Assembly: GCA_000004695.1 (NCBI GenBank)
Contig: CM000153.2
Span: 3,008,001 to 3,072,000, forward strand
Length of the DNA: 64,000 bases
Reading direction: 5' to 3'
Origin: Dictyostelium discoideum
Lineage: Eukaryota
Positions 62,492-64,000 of the stretch are shown in pieces. Below the pieces are notes generated by a model that was not told the DNA's origin, made no database searches, and saw nothing but the letters and a program-made list of their open reading frames with translations. The first letter of the stretch is position 1, and every line of letters starts with the position of its first letter. The position numbers were made by a program, and so were the translations under genes.

Positions 62492-63988
62492 TGAATTAAT
62501 TAAATCTATTGTGGTATTGGGATTATTTAAATTATCCAATTCCTGAAATTCAGTATTGGTTTCTTTTTGAATAGTTTTATTATTATTATTATTTTTAATT
62601 TTAATTTTTGAAATAATTAATTTAAAAATTTTTGACCAATCATCACGAAGTAATTGATATAGAATTATTGAAGAGAAAGTTGCACAACCAATACCATCGA
62701 TTTTTAAATTACCCCATTGAACTACAACATCAATCATACCAGTACCTAAAACAATTGCAATACCAGCTGATAAAAGATTTCTTGGTTTTGAAAAATCAAC
62801 TTGTGCTTCTACCCAAAGTTTAGCACCTGTAATACCAGTGATACCAAATAAAACAATTGATAACCCACCAAAAATACCTGGTGGAATAGTTTGGATTATT
62901 GCTCCGAAAATTGGTAAACATCCTAAAATTATTGCAATAAATGCTGCAATTAAAAATGAAAGTGTTGAAAATATTTTTGTAATACTCATTACACCAATAT
63001 TTTCGGCATATGTTGTTGTACCTATACTTCCACACGAGCCAGCTAAAATACATGCAATTGAGTCACCTAAAAATGTTCTACCAATCATATAATCTAAATT
63101 CTTACCAGTCATTGTACTAACTGCTTTTAAGTGACCAATGTTTTCAGCGGCAAGAATGATTGCAATTGGTGCAATTAATGAAATATAAGTTGATTCGAAA
63201 ACTGGTGCAGTAATTGGTGGTGAGCCAATCCATCTTGAATTACCAACGCCACTAAAATCAATACCTGGTCCGATTTCACCTAACCCAAATAAGAAATATA
63301 ATAGGTATGATGATAATCCTCCAATTAAAATTGGCAATCGTTTAAATGGGCCGGGCGCATAGCATGTTACCATACAAACACATAATACCGTTACCAATGC
63401 CATCCAGGCTTCAAATGCGCTAGTTGCCACTTGATGGATTGCCGATGTTGATAAATGGAACCCAATTGCAACTACCACCGAACCCGTTACCACTGGTGGT
63501 GTTAATACCTCAATCCATTTGGTACCAACGAATATTACAATCAATGAAATGCCTAAATAAACCAAACCACATGACAATATTCCACCTGACGCTTGTGCGA
63601 TATTCGGGTTACTAGAATTGCTACCTGCAATATAAACGAAACCAGTCGCTGAATTTACGACACCAATAAAGGCAAAGGACGACCCTAAATAAGAGGGAAC
63701 TTTACCTCCCGTACATATAAAAAATATAACAGTACCAACACCAGAGAATAGCAATGCAGTGTTTGGTGAGAATCCCATTAATAATGGACCCACAACTGTA
63801 CTTCCAAACATTGCCAACACATGTTGAAATGCTAATAAAATCGTAGGGCCCCATGGAATTCTTTCATCTGGTAATACCCCATTACTATAATCTTGTTTTA
63901 ATTCATAATTTGGAAAATAATTTTTTATACCATTTATAATAATTTTTAAACCATTTTTAATATCTTTTTTATTTCTATTAATAAACAT
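62354..63988 (-). CDS. Nucleobase:cation symporter-2 (NCS2; xanthine/uracil permease family) transporter with a poly-N C-terminal tail.
   Basis: About 12-14 predicted TM helices are present. A UraA-like motif reads LTPPVVTGSVVVAIGFHLS, which matches E. coli UraA LFPPVVTGTVIMLIGLSL. GVGNSRWIGSPP and GITGAKLW segments also occur. The last roughly 90 codons are almost pure Asn. The start Met at 63988 is 12 nt from the window edge, so the true start may lie outside the window. Confidence 0.65.
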
Positions 63989-64000
63989 ATTATTTTTAAA

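Overview
This window has the character of Dictyostelium discoideum (social amoeba) nuclear DNA. It is about 78% A+T with long homopolymer A/T tracts in intergenic space. Coding exons are less AT-rich and carry (CAA)n, (AAT)n and (ATT)n runs that encode poly-Q, poly-N and poly-Y. Introns are short (70-150 bp) with GTAAGT/GTATGT donors and (A/T)-rich ...AG acceptors. tRNA genes are followed by an external B box.

There is no prokaryotic signal: no CRISPR array, no operons, no Shine-Dalgarno-driven gene packing.

I count about 35 protein-coding genes on both strands, roughly one per 1.8 kb, plus two identical tRNA-Asp(GUC) genes, one 100-N assembly gap and several microsatellites. All exon/intron models are hand-derived from the six-frame track and splice-site inspection, so boundaries are approximate unless I say otherwise.

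Genes I identify by sequence:
- Housekeeping and conserved genes: APC4, FPGT, saccharopine dehydrogenase (LYS9-type), anamorsin, CAF1/CNOT7, peroxiredoxin Q (the PrxQ/BCP family), MEAF6/Eaf6, RPL17, SCAR (scrA), SPT4, VPS28, a RAD51 paralog, a RhoGEF, an RCC1-repeat protein and an NCS2-type permease.
- Less ordinary genes: a SPINDLY-like TPR+GT41 glycosyltransferase, a histidine-ammonia-lyase-like protein that appears to have lost the MIO-forming Ala-Ser-Gly, and a protein with the domain order of a beta-class N4/N6 amino-methyltransferase.

The observations I rank highest in the hunt are:
(i) a tandem pair of about 1050-aa type-I membrane glycoprotein genes (IPT/TIG-like + EGF-like + TM, Tgr/Tiger-like) whose 5' exons are almost nucleotide-identical while the large 3' exon has diverged, and one copy carries a 1-bp frameshift;
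(ii) a tandem three-gene family of small Asn-rich two-TM proteins next to the assembly gap;
(iii) a roughly 600-bp GC-richer segment bracketed by about 100-bp direct repeats;
(iv) repeated short sequence motifs in several divergent promoters, including one shared between two unrelated promoters;
(v) a GDP-fucose salvage enzyme (FPGT) and a SPY-like GT41 enzyme lying 5 kb apart.
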